This document shows positions 44,475 through 53,363 of a stretch of DNA of 64,000 nucleotides, one piece after another (position 1 is the first letter of the stretch; each line of letters begins with the position of its first letter). Source of the stretch: an uncultured delta proteobacterium (lineage in GTDB: Bacteria > Desulfobacterota > BSN033 > UBA1163); the NCBI GenBank assembly GCA_963828805.1, contig CAWHGS010000045.1, positions 633 through 64,632 on the forward strand, in the 5' to 3' direction. Position numbers and translations under genes: made by a program. The notes below the pieces were generated by a model. The model searched no databases and was not told the origin of the DNA. It saw only the letters and a list, made by a program, of their open reading frames with translations.

Positions 44475-45185
44475 ATGAGCAAAAAGATTGTATTGGCGGT
44501 TTTGGTTCTCATAGGTGTGTTCATGGCTTCTGCTGCATCTGCTCAATTTGGGAAAAGTGCCGGACCCAATTTCTATTCTGAATTCAAGCCCGTCGTCGGA
44601 GGTTGGTCAGAATATCAGATGACCACCAAAGGGGAGCCTCCTACAAAAATGAAACTCGCCATCGTGGGAAAAGAAGGAGATGCCTATTGGTACGAGACCG
44701 TCTTCGAAGGAAAACAGGACGGAAAGATGATCAGCAAAATGCTTGTTTCCGGAAACCCACGAGACAAAAAGAATGTGAAACGAATGATTTTTAAGAGCGG
44801 AAATGAACCTGCCATGGAGATGCCTGTCCAGATGATGCAGCAGCGTTCCCAGTCTCAAGAGCCAAAGGGAAAGATGGTCGACAAAGGGACTGAGACCATA
44901 AAAGTCCCTGCCGGGACGTTTACCTGCCAACACATGCAATATCAGGACGGAGAAACGATAGTCGATAGTTGGGTCGCTAAGGATGTTTCCCCTTATGGGA
45001 TGGCCAAATCACAATCGAAAGAGTTTGAGATGGTTCTTCTCGGGTACGGAACGGGAGCCAAAACGCTCATCACCGAAACTCCGCAAACATTCGATATGCC
45101 GAAGATGCCCCGGGGAATGCCAAAAGGAACACCTAAAGGATCTCCCAGAGGGTCCAAGCCTGGAAAGACCTCAAGAAGAGGATGA
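44475..45185 (+). CDS. Secreted hypothetical protein with basic Pro/Lys/Gly-rich tail
   Basis: The signal peptide is MSKKIVLAVLVLIGVFMASAASA, with a GGGAGG RBS upstream. The C-terminus reads PKMPRGMPKGTPKGSPRGSKPGKTSRRG. No family is recognised. Confidence 0.6.
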   Translation: MSKKIVLAVLVLIGVFMASAASAQFGKSAGPNFYSEFKPVVGGWSEYQMTTKGEPPTKMKLAIVGKEGDAYWYETVFEGKQDGKMISKMLVSGNPRDKKNVKRMIFKSGNEPAMEMPVQMMQQRSQSQEPKGKMVDKGTETIKVPAGTFTCQHMQYQDGETIVDSWVAKDVSPYGMAKSQSKEFEMVLLGYGTGAKTLITETPQTFDMPKMPRGMPKGTPKGSPRGSKPGKTSRRG

Positions 45186-45191
45186 AGATTA

Positions 45192-45410
45192 ATTAGTGTC
45201 TGTCCACAAATCTGACGATTTCCAAAGCCATGCCGTGAACGGATCCGGTCATTTCCACGGGTTCTGATATAGCCGGACATCCGACGAAGATCTAGTCTGA
45301 ACAACCCGATTCTCGAGATGACCTCCCCTGCATCAAGGTACGGGGCAGGCTCCTCTAGAGTGCTGTGTCATGATTCGTGAACAACTGATATTTATGGACG
45401 GACAGCTAAT
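45192..45410. mobile_element. MITE-like element bounded by imperfect terminal inverted repeats of about 20 nt
   Basis: The left end ATTAGTGTCTGTCCACAAAT (45192-45211) matches the reverse complement of the right end ATTTATGGACGGACAGCTAAT (45390-45410) at 18 of 21 aligned positions. The element is non-coding and about 219 bp long. Confidence 0.4.
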
Positions 45411-45652
45411 GAACTCTTTCCTCAGTAACAATCTGGACTACGGCAATGCGGCCGGAAGCCCTCTATGAACGGTTTGCTACTTTCGTAGCTAAGAATTGAT
45501 CAACCACCCACTGACTCGTCCCTTTATCCTTCGTGCATCGTCCAAAAAAACTTTTCCCCCTTTGACTTAAATCAAGGGAAAAGACCGGCAGAAGTCTTAT
45601 CCTTTAGCATATGGATGCTGAATCATTTAAAACAGTTAAGGAGGATAGAAAA

Positions 45653-46456
45653 ATGGCAACGAGAAAGATTGTTAAGATCGACGAAGAAAAATGTGATGGT
45701 TGTGGCCTCTGTATCCCTAACTGTGCAGAAGGAGCTCTTCAGATCATAGACGGAAAGGCCAAATTGATCGGCGACAAGTTCTGTGACGGCTTGGGAGCCT
45801 GCCTCGGCCACTGCCCGCAGGATGCCATTATCGTTACCGAGAGAGAAGCAGAAGCGTTCGACGAAGAGGCAGTGGAAGTTCTTCTTCATGGTAAAAAGAA
45901 GGCTCAACCTCAATCTAAACCTTTATCCCAACCTGCACCTAAACCTCAACCTTCCTTTACCGGGTGTCCTTCATCGAGGGCAATGCACTTTAAAGTGGCT
46001 GAACCGAAGGTCGAAACAGGCTCTCATCAACCCTCTGTTTCGATGCTTTCCCACTGGCCTGTTCAATTGAAGCTGGTCCCTGTCAACGCGCCCTATTTCG
46101 AAGATGCCGACCTTCTGATAGCAGCCGACTGCGTTCCATTCGCGTACCCCAATTTTCACCACGATTTTCTGAAAGGAAAAGCAGTGGTTGTAGGCTGTCC
46201 CAAGCTCGATGATATCCAGTTCTACACCGAGAAACTGACCGAGATCTTCAGGACGAACCCGATCAGGAGCATCACCCTTCCCTTTATGGAAGTTCCTTGC
46301 TGCTTTGGCCTGGTGAGGGCGGTCGAGGAGGCTCTCAAAGCCTCAGGGAAGGACATTCCTCTGAAGAAGGTCAAAATCGGGATCCGGGGAGATATCAAAC
46401 CCGAAAACGAAGAGAAGATCTTTCACCATCCCCGAGTTGCAGGCTGCTCTCATTAA
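45653..46456 (+). CDS. 4Fe-4S dicluster-domain protein with a Cys-containing C-terminal domain
   Basis: The start is MATRKIV, with an AAGGAGGA RBS upstream. The ferredoxin motifs are CDGCGLCIPNC and CDGLGACLGHCP. The C-terminal domain contains VVVGCPKLDD and MEVPCCFG. Confidence 0.75.
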   Translation: MATRKIVKIDEEKCDGCGLCIPNCAEGALQIIDGKAKLIGDKFCDGLGACLGHCPQDAIIVTEREAEAFDEEAVEVLLHGKKKAQPQSKPLSQPAPKPQPSFTGCPSSRAMHFKVAEPKVETGSHQPSVSMLSHWPVQLKLVPVNAPYFEDADLLIAADCVPFAYPNFHHDFLKGKAVVVGCPKLDDIQFYTEKLTEIFRTNPIRSITLPFMEVPCCFGLVRAVEEALKASGKDIPLKKVKIGIRGDIKPENEEKIFHHPRVAGCSH

Positions 46457-46575
46457 TGCGTCTTGTGCGGGGGAGCTTTGTTGTCGATCACTAATGGCAT
46501 AACGTCCGGGTTGAGCTGAATCCGGATTTTGGAGATCAGCTCGGCGTCACTTTGTTCCGACCGGTTTGCCTTTTG

Positions 46576-46962
46576 TCAGGCAAGGTCCGCCCCGCGTTCC
46601 AGCAACAACGCCTTCAGCACCGAACGGTGGCAGCGCGCTTCTTCCGCACAGTAACAGCCCACCGAGAGATTGGTCTGGTGGGAGAGAGCGGCCAGGAGCG
46701 CGAGGAGGCGCGCGGCCTCAGGTCGCTTCATTTCAGCACGGTATCGCTTGACGAAGCCGCGCCACGCCCGCTCATCAGAGGCATGAAGTGCCTCCTTGAC
46801 CAGGCTCTCCGAAGGCGCAAGATCCGGAAGCCACACGTCGTAGAAATCGCGCGACGCATGCTCAGCCTTGGGCACGCCGCGCGGTGGGCGGCGTACGGTC
46901 CCCAAGCGCAGGCCCTCACCGGGTGTTCTCGGGCTTCCCAGCCGTACTACCCGAATAGCCAT
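46576..46962 (-). CDS. DUF488-family protein
   Basis: The sequence MAIRVVRLGSPRTPGEGLRLGTVRRPPRGV..FYDVWLPDLAPS..W..FVKRYRAEM..LSVGCYCAEE..CHRSVL has the typical DUF488 layout. The local G+C is visibly higher than in neighbouring genes. Confidence 0.75.
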   Translation of the reverse strand: MAIRVVRLGSPRTPGEGLRLGTVRRPPRGVPKAEHASRDFYDVWLPDLAPSESLVKEALHASDERAWRGFVKRYRAEMKRPEAARLLALLAALSHQTNLSVGCYCAEEARCHRSVLKALLLERGADLA

Positions 46963-47086
46963 TCGAGTCACCTCCTTCGCTCCACACTCTCGATGCCCGC
47001 CGAACCAAGCCCACAACGCGGCGGGAACGCCCGCGATCAGCGGGGCGTGTAACGCATCCGCTGGATCGCGTTGTTACCCCTTCTCT

Positions 47087-47371
47087 CTATGCCGCCTTTT
47101 TGAGGGTGACATGCATGCCGGCTCTGGTTGCAAGGGTGATAAGCATTTCGAGGCTAAATCTCTCCCATTTGCCTCTGATCAAGTCTGAAACCCTGGATTG
47201 ACTAACGCCGAGGATTTCCGCAGCCTTGGCCTGCGTTAGCCTCTTGGCTTTGATGAATTTCCGGAGATCGGCCATAAGATCGGCACGCATCTGAAGAATT
47301 GCGGCTTCATCCGGAGAATACCCGAGATCAATGAATACGTTTCCAGAAGAATTAACAACGGTCTCGCTCAT
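47087..47371 (-). CDS. higA: HigA-type antitoxin (XRE-family HTH)
   Basis: 94-aa ORF with the HTH LTQAKAAEILGVSQSRVSDLIRGK. Its start overlaps the toxin stop by 4 nt. Confidence 0.8.
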   Translation of the reverse strand: MSETVVNSSGNVFIDLGYSPDEAAILQMRADLMADLRKFIKAKRLTQAKAAEILGVSQSRVSDLIRGKWERFSLEMLITLATRAGMHVTLKKAA

Positions 47372-47688
47372 AAGTTACCTCCAATCTGTCTGTACCGTTG
47401 GCGAGCCAAATCGATATCATGCCGGCTCGTTTTTCGGGTCTTCTTTTGAAATGCATGAAGCACATAAACCGCATCGCGAAGCTTAGCGACATAGATTACT
47501 CGCCACTCTCCCAAAACGTGGATACGGATTTCGTTCACGCCTGGGCCGATTACCTGCATTGGTTTCCAATCACTTGGTTCGAGTCCGTTTTGAACCGCAC
47601 GGAGCTCGAAGCCTGCTGCCCGGCGCGCTTCATCTGGAAAATTTCGCAGATCGTCCAGACTCGATCCTAAAAATCTAAGTGGCTTCAT
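47368..47688 (-). CDS. higB: HigB/RelE-family toxin (Gp49-like)
   Basis: 106-aa ORF with FLGSSLDDLRNFPDEARR..NEIRIHVLGEWRVIYVAKLRDAVYVLHAFQKKTRKTSRHDIDLARQRY. The toxin-first gene order is typical of higBA. Confidence 0.8.
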   Translation of the reverse strand: MKPLRFLGSSLDDLRNFPDEARRAAGFELRAVQNGLEPSDWKPMQVIGPGVNEIRIHVLGEWRVIYVAKLRDAVYVLHAFQKKTRKTSRHDIDLARQRYRQIGGNL

Positions 47689-47700
47689 GGCCGTACATAT

Positions 47701-47728
47701 ATTATATAAGTTTTTATATATTTGGCAA
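47701..47728 (-). promoter_or_regulatory. Sigma-70-type promoter of higBA in an AT-rich palindromic region
   Basis: The minus strand reads TTGCCA (47723-47728), a 16-nt spacer, then TATAAT (47701-47706). Only 12 nt separate the -10 box from the higB ATG, so the leader would be very short. The TATATA-rich dyad is a plausible operator. Confidence 0.45.
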
Positions 47729-47970
47729 GTTCAATGATCACGGTTTTTATCGTGTGGGGAATATTTTTTTATTCTATGATTTGTGATATTTTAGGCTTGA
47801 GGAAATTTTTGTCAACGCTTTTTTGCTTTTTTGCTCTCCTGAAGCGGACCAAAATAAAAGATAAGAAGAAATGGTTATTCCCCGCATAGAGTAATGAAAT
47901 CATGGGCTTCCAAGAAGATTGAGGGAAATAATAGAATCTCCGGAGGGAAGGGTTAGGGAAGGAAGAGTGG

Positions 47971-48040
47971 TTCGACAAGCTCACCATGATCGGTCTGGTC
48001 TGTTCGTCCCGAGTTGTGAGCGTGTCGAATGGTCGAAGGG
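47971..48040. repeat. Palindromic intergenic repeat, family TTYGACARGCTCA (copy 2)
   Basis: TTCGACAAGCTCAC (47971-47984) and GTGAGCGTGTCGAA (48016-48029) are inverted arms. The trailing TGGTCGAAGGG resembles the GTCGAAGGGC end of copy 1. Confidence 0.6.
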
Positions 48041-48096
48041 CCACCTTCATCCAACCTTCTCCCATCTAAGGGAGAAGGAGGAGAAGGCAAATGGGG

Positions 48097-48261
48097 TTAA
48101 CTTTTTCTTGAGGTCTTTACCTGGAAAGCCGAGATGATCTGGTCCAGTTTCTTTCCCCCGCATTTGGGGCATTTCGCCTTTTTGGCATCGTGCTCTCCGA
48201 TGCTGAGGATGAGATTGAATTTCTTCTTACAGGTTGGGCATCGATACTCATAGATTGGCAT
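48097..48261 (-). CDS. FmdB-family zinc-ribbon protein (54 aa; not in the supplied ORF track)
   Basis: Hand translation of the minus strand gives MPIYEYRCPTCKKKFNLILSIGEHDAKKAKCPKCGGKKLDQIISAFQVKTSRKS followed by TAA. The MPIYEY-CxxC...CxxC layout is the FmdB signature. Confidence 0.75.
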   Translation of the reverse strand: MPIYEYRCPTCKKKFNLILSIGEHDAKKAKCPKCGGKKLDQIISAFQVKTSRKS

Positions 48262-48298
48262 CCTTTCTACCTCCTTTCCTCATTGAGCTGGAAAATAG

Positions 48299-48326
48299 CA
48301 TAGCGCATAGAGCATGGCGCATAGCG
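48299..48326. repeat. Four tandem heptamers CATAGCG / CATAGAG / CATGGCG / CATAGCG
   Basis: Read directly at 48299-48326, just upstream (minus sense) of the FmdB-like gene. Confidence 0.6.
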
Positions 48327-48517
48327 TAAATTCCTAAACATAAAGCCATTTTCATGGTTCGAGGGTGACCGCCCTGGCCAGGGATGATTAACCCCAACTG
48401 CAATTGGCTTCAATCCATGGCGGACTAATACTAATATTAAGGAGAGAGGAGAGTCCTGTCAACAAGAAAATGGATGACACAAACAAATGAATGGTGGAGC
48501 TAACCTGGTCCAAGACC

Positions 48518-50452
48518 TCATTTCCTCAGTTTTTGTGAAAGAACCGTAATCCCCATCAGAACAATCCCGACGATATCGGCCCACCCTGCAGGGTACATCA
48601 GGGAAAGTCCGGCAAGAATCAGCAGCATTCTTTCAAGGAAGTTTGTCTTTTTGAAGAACCAACCGTCCACCCCGCCTGCCAGGGCCAGAACGCCAAGAAG
48701 GCCTGTGGCGAATGTGGTGGCAATGCCCCAGGCCGAACCTTTGAGAAGGATCCCCACCCCGCTCGGGTGAATGATAAACATGAAGGGAACCAGAAAGGCC
48801 GGGAGGGTATACTTCCAGGCATAGAGCGTGGTTTTATAGGGATTCCCCTTGCAGATGGCTGCGGCAGCGAAAGGAGAAAGGGCGGTCGGAGGAGACACCT
48901 CGGAAAGTATGGCGTAATAGAAGACGAACATGTGGGCCGCATAATCAGGGACTTTCAGCATAATAAAGGCAGGGGCCACCATGACCACGGCAATAATATA
49001 GGTGGCAGTCACGGGCACTGCCAGACCGATGACCCAGATGATCAGGGCGCAGTAGATGGCCGTCAGCAGAAGGCTATTTCCGGCATAATGCAGGATGATT
49101 CCGCTGAATTTGATGCCCAGCCCGGTAAGGGTCACAACGCCCACAATGATTCCCGCAACGGCACACGTCGTTGCAACGCTCAGGATGTTCAGGGATCCGC
49201 TTCTCAGGCATTGAACCAATTTGGAAAGACCGATGGCCGTGTCCTTCCGGATGAAGGAGGTCAAATAAGCAAGGACCGTCGAAAGAAAAACGGAAAGGAT
49301 CGCAGTAAATCCGAACATCATAAAGATGACGATGGAAACCAGTGAAAAGAGCTGGTACCAGTACCTCCGGAGGAGAGTGCCTGCAGAGACACTTGAGACC
49401 GCCACATGTTTGACGCCATATTTTTTCGCATCGAACTCCACCATCAGAAAGATGGACCAGTAATAAAGAATCGTTGGGATGGAGGCCATGAGGATGACTT
49501 CCAGGTAGGAGATGCTCAGCATCTCTGCGATGAGAAAGGCAGCCGCTCCCAAAACGGGAGGAGAGATCAGCGCGCCGATTCCCCCTGCAGCGAGGAGACC
49601 TCCTGCCACCTCCCTCGGATATCCTGCCTTGGCCAGCATGGGCCAGGCAAAGGCCCCGAGGGTGACGGTTGTGGCCGTACCGCTCCCGGAAGGTCCACCG
49701 AGGAGAAAAGAGGCCAGGGTCACGGTCCTTCCTGCACCCGTCGGTTTTCCTCCCATCAGGGAGAAGGAAAAATCGACGTAAAACTTCCCGGATCCGGAGT
49801 ACTGGAGAAAGGCCCCGAAGATCGTAAAGAGGATGATGAAGGTGGAGGAGACATCAATGGGAACTCCGAAGATCCCTTCGAGTGTCATGTACATGTGTCC
49901 GACAATGCGGGCGATATCGTACCCCCGATGGGTCCAGGGCTTCGGAAGCAGCGGCCCCATGACGGCATAGGCCAGGAAGCACAGGGCTGTAATGGGCATG
50001 ATGAGTCCGGTCGATCTCCGGTTTGCTTCGAGCATGGCCAGGATAAGAATCCCGCCCATCAAGACATCCCAGGGGGTTGGGGTCACGGCCCTGTCGATAA
50101 TCGTGTCGAAATCGAAGATAAGATAAAGGATGGGAATGATGCTGATCACTGCCATAAGGACATCAAACCAGAAGATCTTTCCACGAAATCGCTTAAAGAC
50201 AGGAAAGACGAGAAAGGTGAGCCCTGCGACAAACATCACATGGATTCCACGGAGGATATGGGGAGTAATGATTCCCACAGCCGCGTAGAGATGGACAAGG
50301 GACATGACGATGGCAATGAGGGTCACAACCTTGTTGGCCAGCCCTGGAGGAATGGCATCGACCAATCCCTCATCCTCTTCAACATACTTCTCCGCCTCCC
50401 TGAGGGCCTCTTCAGCAACCAGCGCCTCATTTTCCGGCAGGTCCTTCTCCAT
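48518..50452 (-). CDS. TRAP transporter fused permease (TAXI-type 4TM/12TM fusion)
   Basis: Intact 644-aa, highly hydrophobic ORF. Its size, its pairing with a TAXI receptor gene, and its Gly/Ala-rich helices are typical of the fused DctQM-like permease. Confidence 0.85.
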   Translation of the reverse strand: MEKDLPENEALVAEEALREAEKYVEEDEGLVDAIPPGLANKVVTLIAIVMSLVHLYAAVGIITPHILRGIHVMFVAGLTFLVFPVFKRFRGKIFWFDVLMAVISIIPILYLIFDFDTIIDRAVTPTPWDVLMGGILILAMLEANRRSTGLIMPITALCFLAYAVMGPLLPKPWTHRGYDIARIVGHMYMTLEGIFGVPIDVSSTFIILFTIFGAFLQYSGSGKFYVDFSFSLMGGKPTGAGRTVTLASFLLGGPSGSGTATTVTLGAFAWPMLAKAGYPREVAGGLLAAGGIGALISPPVLGAAAFLIAEMLSISYLEVILMASIPTILYYWSIFLMVEFDAKKYGVKHVAVSSVSAGTLLRRYWYQLFSLVSIVIFMMFGFTAILSVFLSTVLAYLTSFIRKDTAIGLSKLVQCLRSGSLNILSVATTCAVAGIIVGVVTLTGLGIKFSGIILHYAGNSLLLTAIYCALIIWVIGLAVPVTATYIIAVVMVAPAFIMLKVPDYAAHMFVFYYAILSEVSPPTALSPFAAAAICKGNPYKTTLYAWKYTLPAFLVPFMFIIHPSGVGILLKGSAWGIATTFATGLLGVLALAGGVDGWFFKKTNFLERMLLILAGLSLMYPAGWADIVGIVLMGITVLSQKLRK

Positions 50453-50570
50453 CTGATCTCCTTAAGGACAGAAACCTTCTCTTACGAAAGGGGGCACAGG
50501 AAAGAGTTCACCACATCATCGATCCTGTGCCCCCTGAAAAGAATCTTCTTTGTTGCTTCCCTGAGGGAGG

Positions 50571-51566
50571 TTATTTCAACTGAATCCCGTGCTCGGCGTA
50601 ATACTTGATCGCCCCTGGATGCCAGGGAATGGGCGATCCGGTCGTGATCGTCTTGATAGTGATCTTTGCCGCCTCTTTGTGCACCGCCACCAGATCCGGA
50701 TTGATATGATTGAAAAGGGTTTTGACGATGTTGTAGGCAAGCTGGGTATCCATCTTGTCCAGCGTCACAAAGAGATTGGTGTGTCCGATGCTCGGCACGT
50801 CATAATCGATCCCGGGGTAAGTCCCTTTGGGGATGACGGTCGAGTAATATCCTCCCGGGTATTTCTTCTCTAACTGGGTGATGGCCTCACCGCAGGGAAT
50901 CATCTTAATGCTTATTCCCGGAGTGGCGGCCAGATCGAGGATCGCCCCTGTGGGGATACCGCCGTCCCACCCGATCACATCCAGCTTCCGGTCCTTAAAG
51001 GCATTGACCGACTCATTGGCCCCAAGACGCTCGCGCTTGATGTCTTTGTCGACATGGATACCGAAGGCCTCGAGGATCTTCGTCGTCTTCACCTCTGTCC
51101 CACTCCCTGGAGAACCGGTGGAGACACGCTTCCCTCGGATATCATCGACCGATTTGATGGGACTATCTTTGTGAGTAATAAAATGCATGTGGTTGGTGTA
51201 GATCGCACCCAGGGCGCGGAGTGCAATCTTATCCTCGGGATTCCCTTTACCGAATTTCCCTACCCCTTGAATGGCATCGATGCAGATATCCGCACCGGAT
51301 AGACCCAAATCCGCCTTCCCTGCTTTGAGCAATTTGCAGTTATCCACCGAACCTCCGGTGACTTCGACGGTCACCTCCGCGTTGGCCATGTACTTGCTCA
51401 AGATGTTGGCGATGCCCCCTCCCATAATGTAAAAAACGCCGCCTGTCCCTCCAGTTCCCATCGAAAGCTTCACCACCGATTGTGCATTTCCCTCCGGAGT
51501 GAAAGCCGACAGACTGATCATGAGAAAAAATAGACCTAAAACCCAATAGATCGATCTCTTTTCCAT
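50571..51566 (-). CDS. TAXI-family TRAP transporter solute-binding protein
   Basis: It has a signal peptide (IYWVLGLFFLMISLSAF), then LSMGTGGTGGVFYIMGGGIANIL and RVSTGSPGSGTE, which are TAXI hallmarks. Confidence 0.85.
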   Translation of the reverse strand: MEKRSIYWVLGLFFLMISLSAFTPEGNAQSVVKLSMGTGGTGGVFYIMGGGIANILSKYMANAEVTVEVTGGSVDNCKLLKAGKADLGLSGADICIDAIQGVGKFGKGNPEDKIALRALGAIYTNHMHFITHKDSPIKSVDDIRGKRVSTGSPGSGTEVKTTKILEAFGIHVDKDIKRERLGANESVNAFKDRKLDVIGWDGGIPTGAILDLAATPGISIKMIPCGEAITQLEKKYPGGYYSTVIPKGTYPGIDYDVPSIGHTNLFVTLDKMDTQLAYNIVKTLFNHINPDLVAVHKEAAKITIKTITTGSPIPWHPGAIKYYAEHGIQLK

Positions 51567-51594
51567 GGTGCCCTCCTTCAGTCATTTGGATTCT

Positions 51595-52455
51595 TTAAGG
51601 TTCACTCTTTAACTCCCTTTCCATGTAATTCGGGACGTCCCAGAAGCTTTCGGGTTTCGTTTTAAATGCCTTTTCCAAACCCAAAGCACAGGACCTCTTA
51701 AAAAAGTCCTTTGTGCCCTGGGTCATAAGGGGTTCAACTCCCATCTCCTTCAAGGTTTCAACCACCTGGACCATCTCGTGGTATCGTCTTTCAAAGGCGA
51801 CGGGATGGGTCCGGATCCAGTTTTCTGCCACCCTCTCAAAGGAATTTTTCGTCATGAAATCAACGATATCCTTCCAGAGGTATTCTGCAACACCGGCACG
51901 CCTTCCTGCAATCAGCATTTCAAGGAGCAGACACTCAATCCCTTTGGAGAAGACGCTCCGGATCATCTTGACCTGAGAGGCTTCGCCAATCTTTGGAGAA
52001 AAATACTTGAGATTGACCAACCCCAATCGATTCATCAGTCCCGAAAATTCCTCTCCCCTCTTCCCGCAGACCAGAATGGAGGCCTTTGAGCCGGTCTCGC
52101 CCACGGCGCTGAGGATGGCCCCCTCGATAAAATCGGCCCCGGAGGGTTCGATCACCTGGGCGATCCGGTTTTTAACCGATCCGGAGGTAGAGTTCATATC
52201 GGCATAGATCTTCCCGGCCCTCAAATGTCTGACAGCCTCTTCGGCAATTTCAACAGCCACGTGGGTTGACGCAGTGGAGAGAATGACATCACAGCGGTCA
52301 ATAAGTTCTGGAAGGGAAAGGGAAACGATCCAGGGTTCCGGTTTCTTAGTCGACAAGGTCATAATAGAAAACGTCAGCCCCCTGGACTTCATTTCCCGAG
52401 CAAAAGTCCTTCCCACCTCTCCAAACCCAATAAATCCGATTGTTTGAGTCTCCAT
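51595..52455 (-). CDS. NAD(P)-dependent oxidoreductase of the 6-phosphogluconate/beta-hydroxyacid dehydrogenase type (NAD_binding_2 + DUF1932-like C-terminus)
   Basis: The Rossmann start is IGFIGFGEVGRTFA. The 286-aa length and helical C-terminal domain fit this type. Confidence 0.7.
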   Translation of the reverse strand: METQTIGFIGFGEVGRTFAREMKSRGLTFSIMTLSTKKPEPWIVSLSLPELIDRCDVILSTASTHVAVEIAEEAVRHLRAGKIYADMNSTSGSVKNRIAQVIEPSGADFIEGAILSAVGETGSKASILVCGKRGEEFSGLMNRLGLVNLKYFSPKIGEASQVKMIRSVFSKGIECLLLEMLIAGRRAGVAEYLWKDIVDFMTKNSFERVAENWIRTHPVAFERRYHEMVQVVETLKEMGVEPLMTQGTKDFFKRSCALGLEKAFKTKPESFWDVPNYMERELKSEP

Positions 52456-52472
52456 TTCTTTTCCCTCAAGGA

Positions 52473-53363
52473 TTAAGCCAGATACTTCTTCTCGTCCTTC
52501 TTCATGGCAGGGACGCCTTGAAGGTCAAAAATATGGCTCACAGGAACCATCATGGGATCGATGGTGTGGATTCCGCCGGCCCTCCTGATCTCTTCAAGCA
52601 GGTCCTCCTGGGCCTTCACCGAAGCCCTCATGGGTTGGTTGGCATAGATAAAGAGCTTCACCTTCTTTAACTTTTCCACCTCTTTGAGGGTCAAAGAGGG
52701 ATAATTCGTTGGAACGAGCACGAGAGGCGTCGGCTGATCCCAGTTCCGGATGAACTCGAGGATCTCATCCGGTTCTTTTTGTTTCGAATGGATCAGGATG
52801 CAATCCGCCCCTGCCTCCACATAACGAAGAGAGCGTTTCATCGCTTCAGCCTGTCCCCAGCCGGCAATCAGCGCCTCGACGCGCGCAATGACAATAAACT
52901 CCTCATTCTTCTGATGGTCTTTGGCTGCCTTAATCTTTCCGACAAATTCTTCGATCGGTGCCAGCTCCTGCCGTCCCCCTTCCAGTAGGCTATTGTCCTT
53001 CGGGAATTTCTTGTCTTCGATGGACATCCCAACGATACCCGCTTCTTCAAATTTCTTCACGGCATAGATGACGTTGTTTGCGTTGCCATAGCCCGTGTCA
53101 CAGTCGGCAATGATGGGGATGGAAACCACTTCGTTCATGGCCCGGGCCGCTTCACAGTACTGGCTCATTGAGATCAGGTTGGCGTCGGGGACGGCAAAGG
53201 AAGCGGAGACACATAGGCTGCTCGACCAGACAAAATCGAACCCTGCCCGTTCAATCAATTTCGCGCATAGAGCATCCCCTGCTCCGACACCCACTCCCAC
53301 TCCCGGCTTGGTCAATATCTCCCTCATTCTCATGAACTTGCTTCCGTCTGCCATATCAATCAT
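52473..53363 (-). CDS. pepM: Phosphoenolpyruvate phosphomutase-like enzyme (PepM or phosphonopyruvate hydrolase; isocitrate-lyase/PEP-mutase superfamily)
   Basis: The motifs are IIADCDTGYGNANN, SIEDKKFPKDNSLLEGGRQELAPIEEFVGKIKAAKD (the EDKxxxxxNS motif), IARVEALIAGWG, AGADCILIHSK and VLVPTNY, collinear with mollusc/bacterial PepM as I recall it. The better-spaced start is the second ATG at 53354. Confidence 0.8.
   Translation of the reverse strand: MIDMADGSKFMRMREILTKPGVGVGVGAGDALCAKLIERAGFDFVWSSSLCVSASFAVPDANLISMSQYCEAARAMNEVVSIPIIADCDTGYGNANNVIYAVKKFEEAGIVGMSIEDKKFPKDNSLLEGGRQELAPIEEFVGKIKAAKDHQKNEEFIVIARVEALIAGWGQAEAMKRSLRYVEAGADCILIHSKQKEPDEILEFIRNWDQPTPLVLVPTNYPSLTLKEVEKLKKVKLFIYANQPMRASVKAQEDLLEEIRRAGGIHTIDPMMVPVSHIFDLQGVPAMKKDEKKYLA

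Noticed and set aside
47572-47595. A GGTTCGAGTCC T-loop-like motif.
   Set aside because: It lies inside the higB coding sequence on the opposite strand. The flanking 5-mers (CTTGG / CCGTT) cannot pair, so it is not a tRNA.
48299-48326. The possibility that the short tandem or palindromic repeats are CRISPR arrays.
   Set aside because: The units are 7-30 nt, with at most four contiguous copies and no spacer periodicity of 30-40 nt. No cas genes are in the window.
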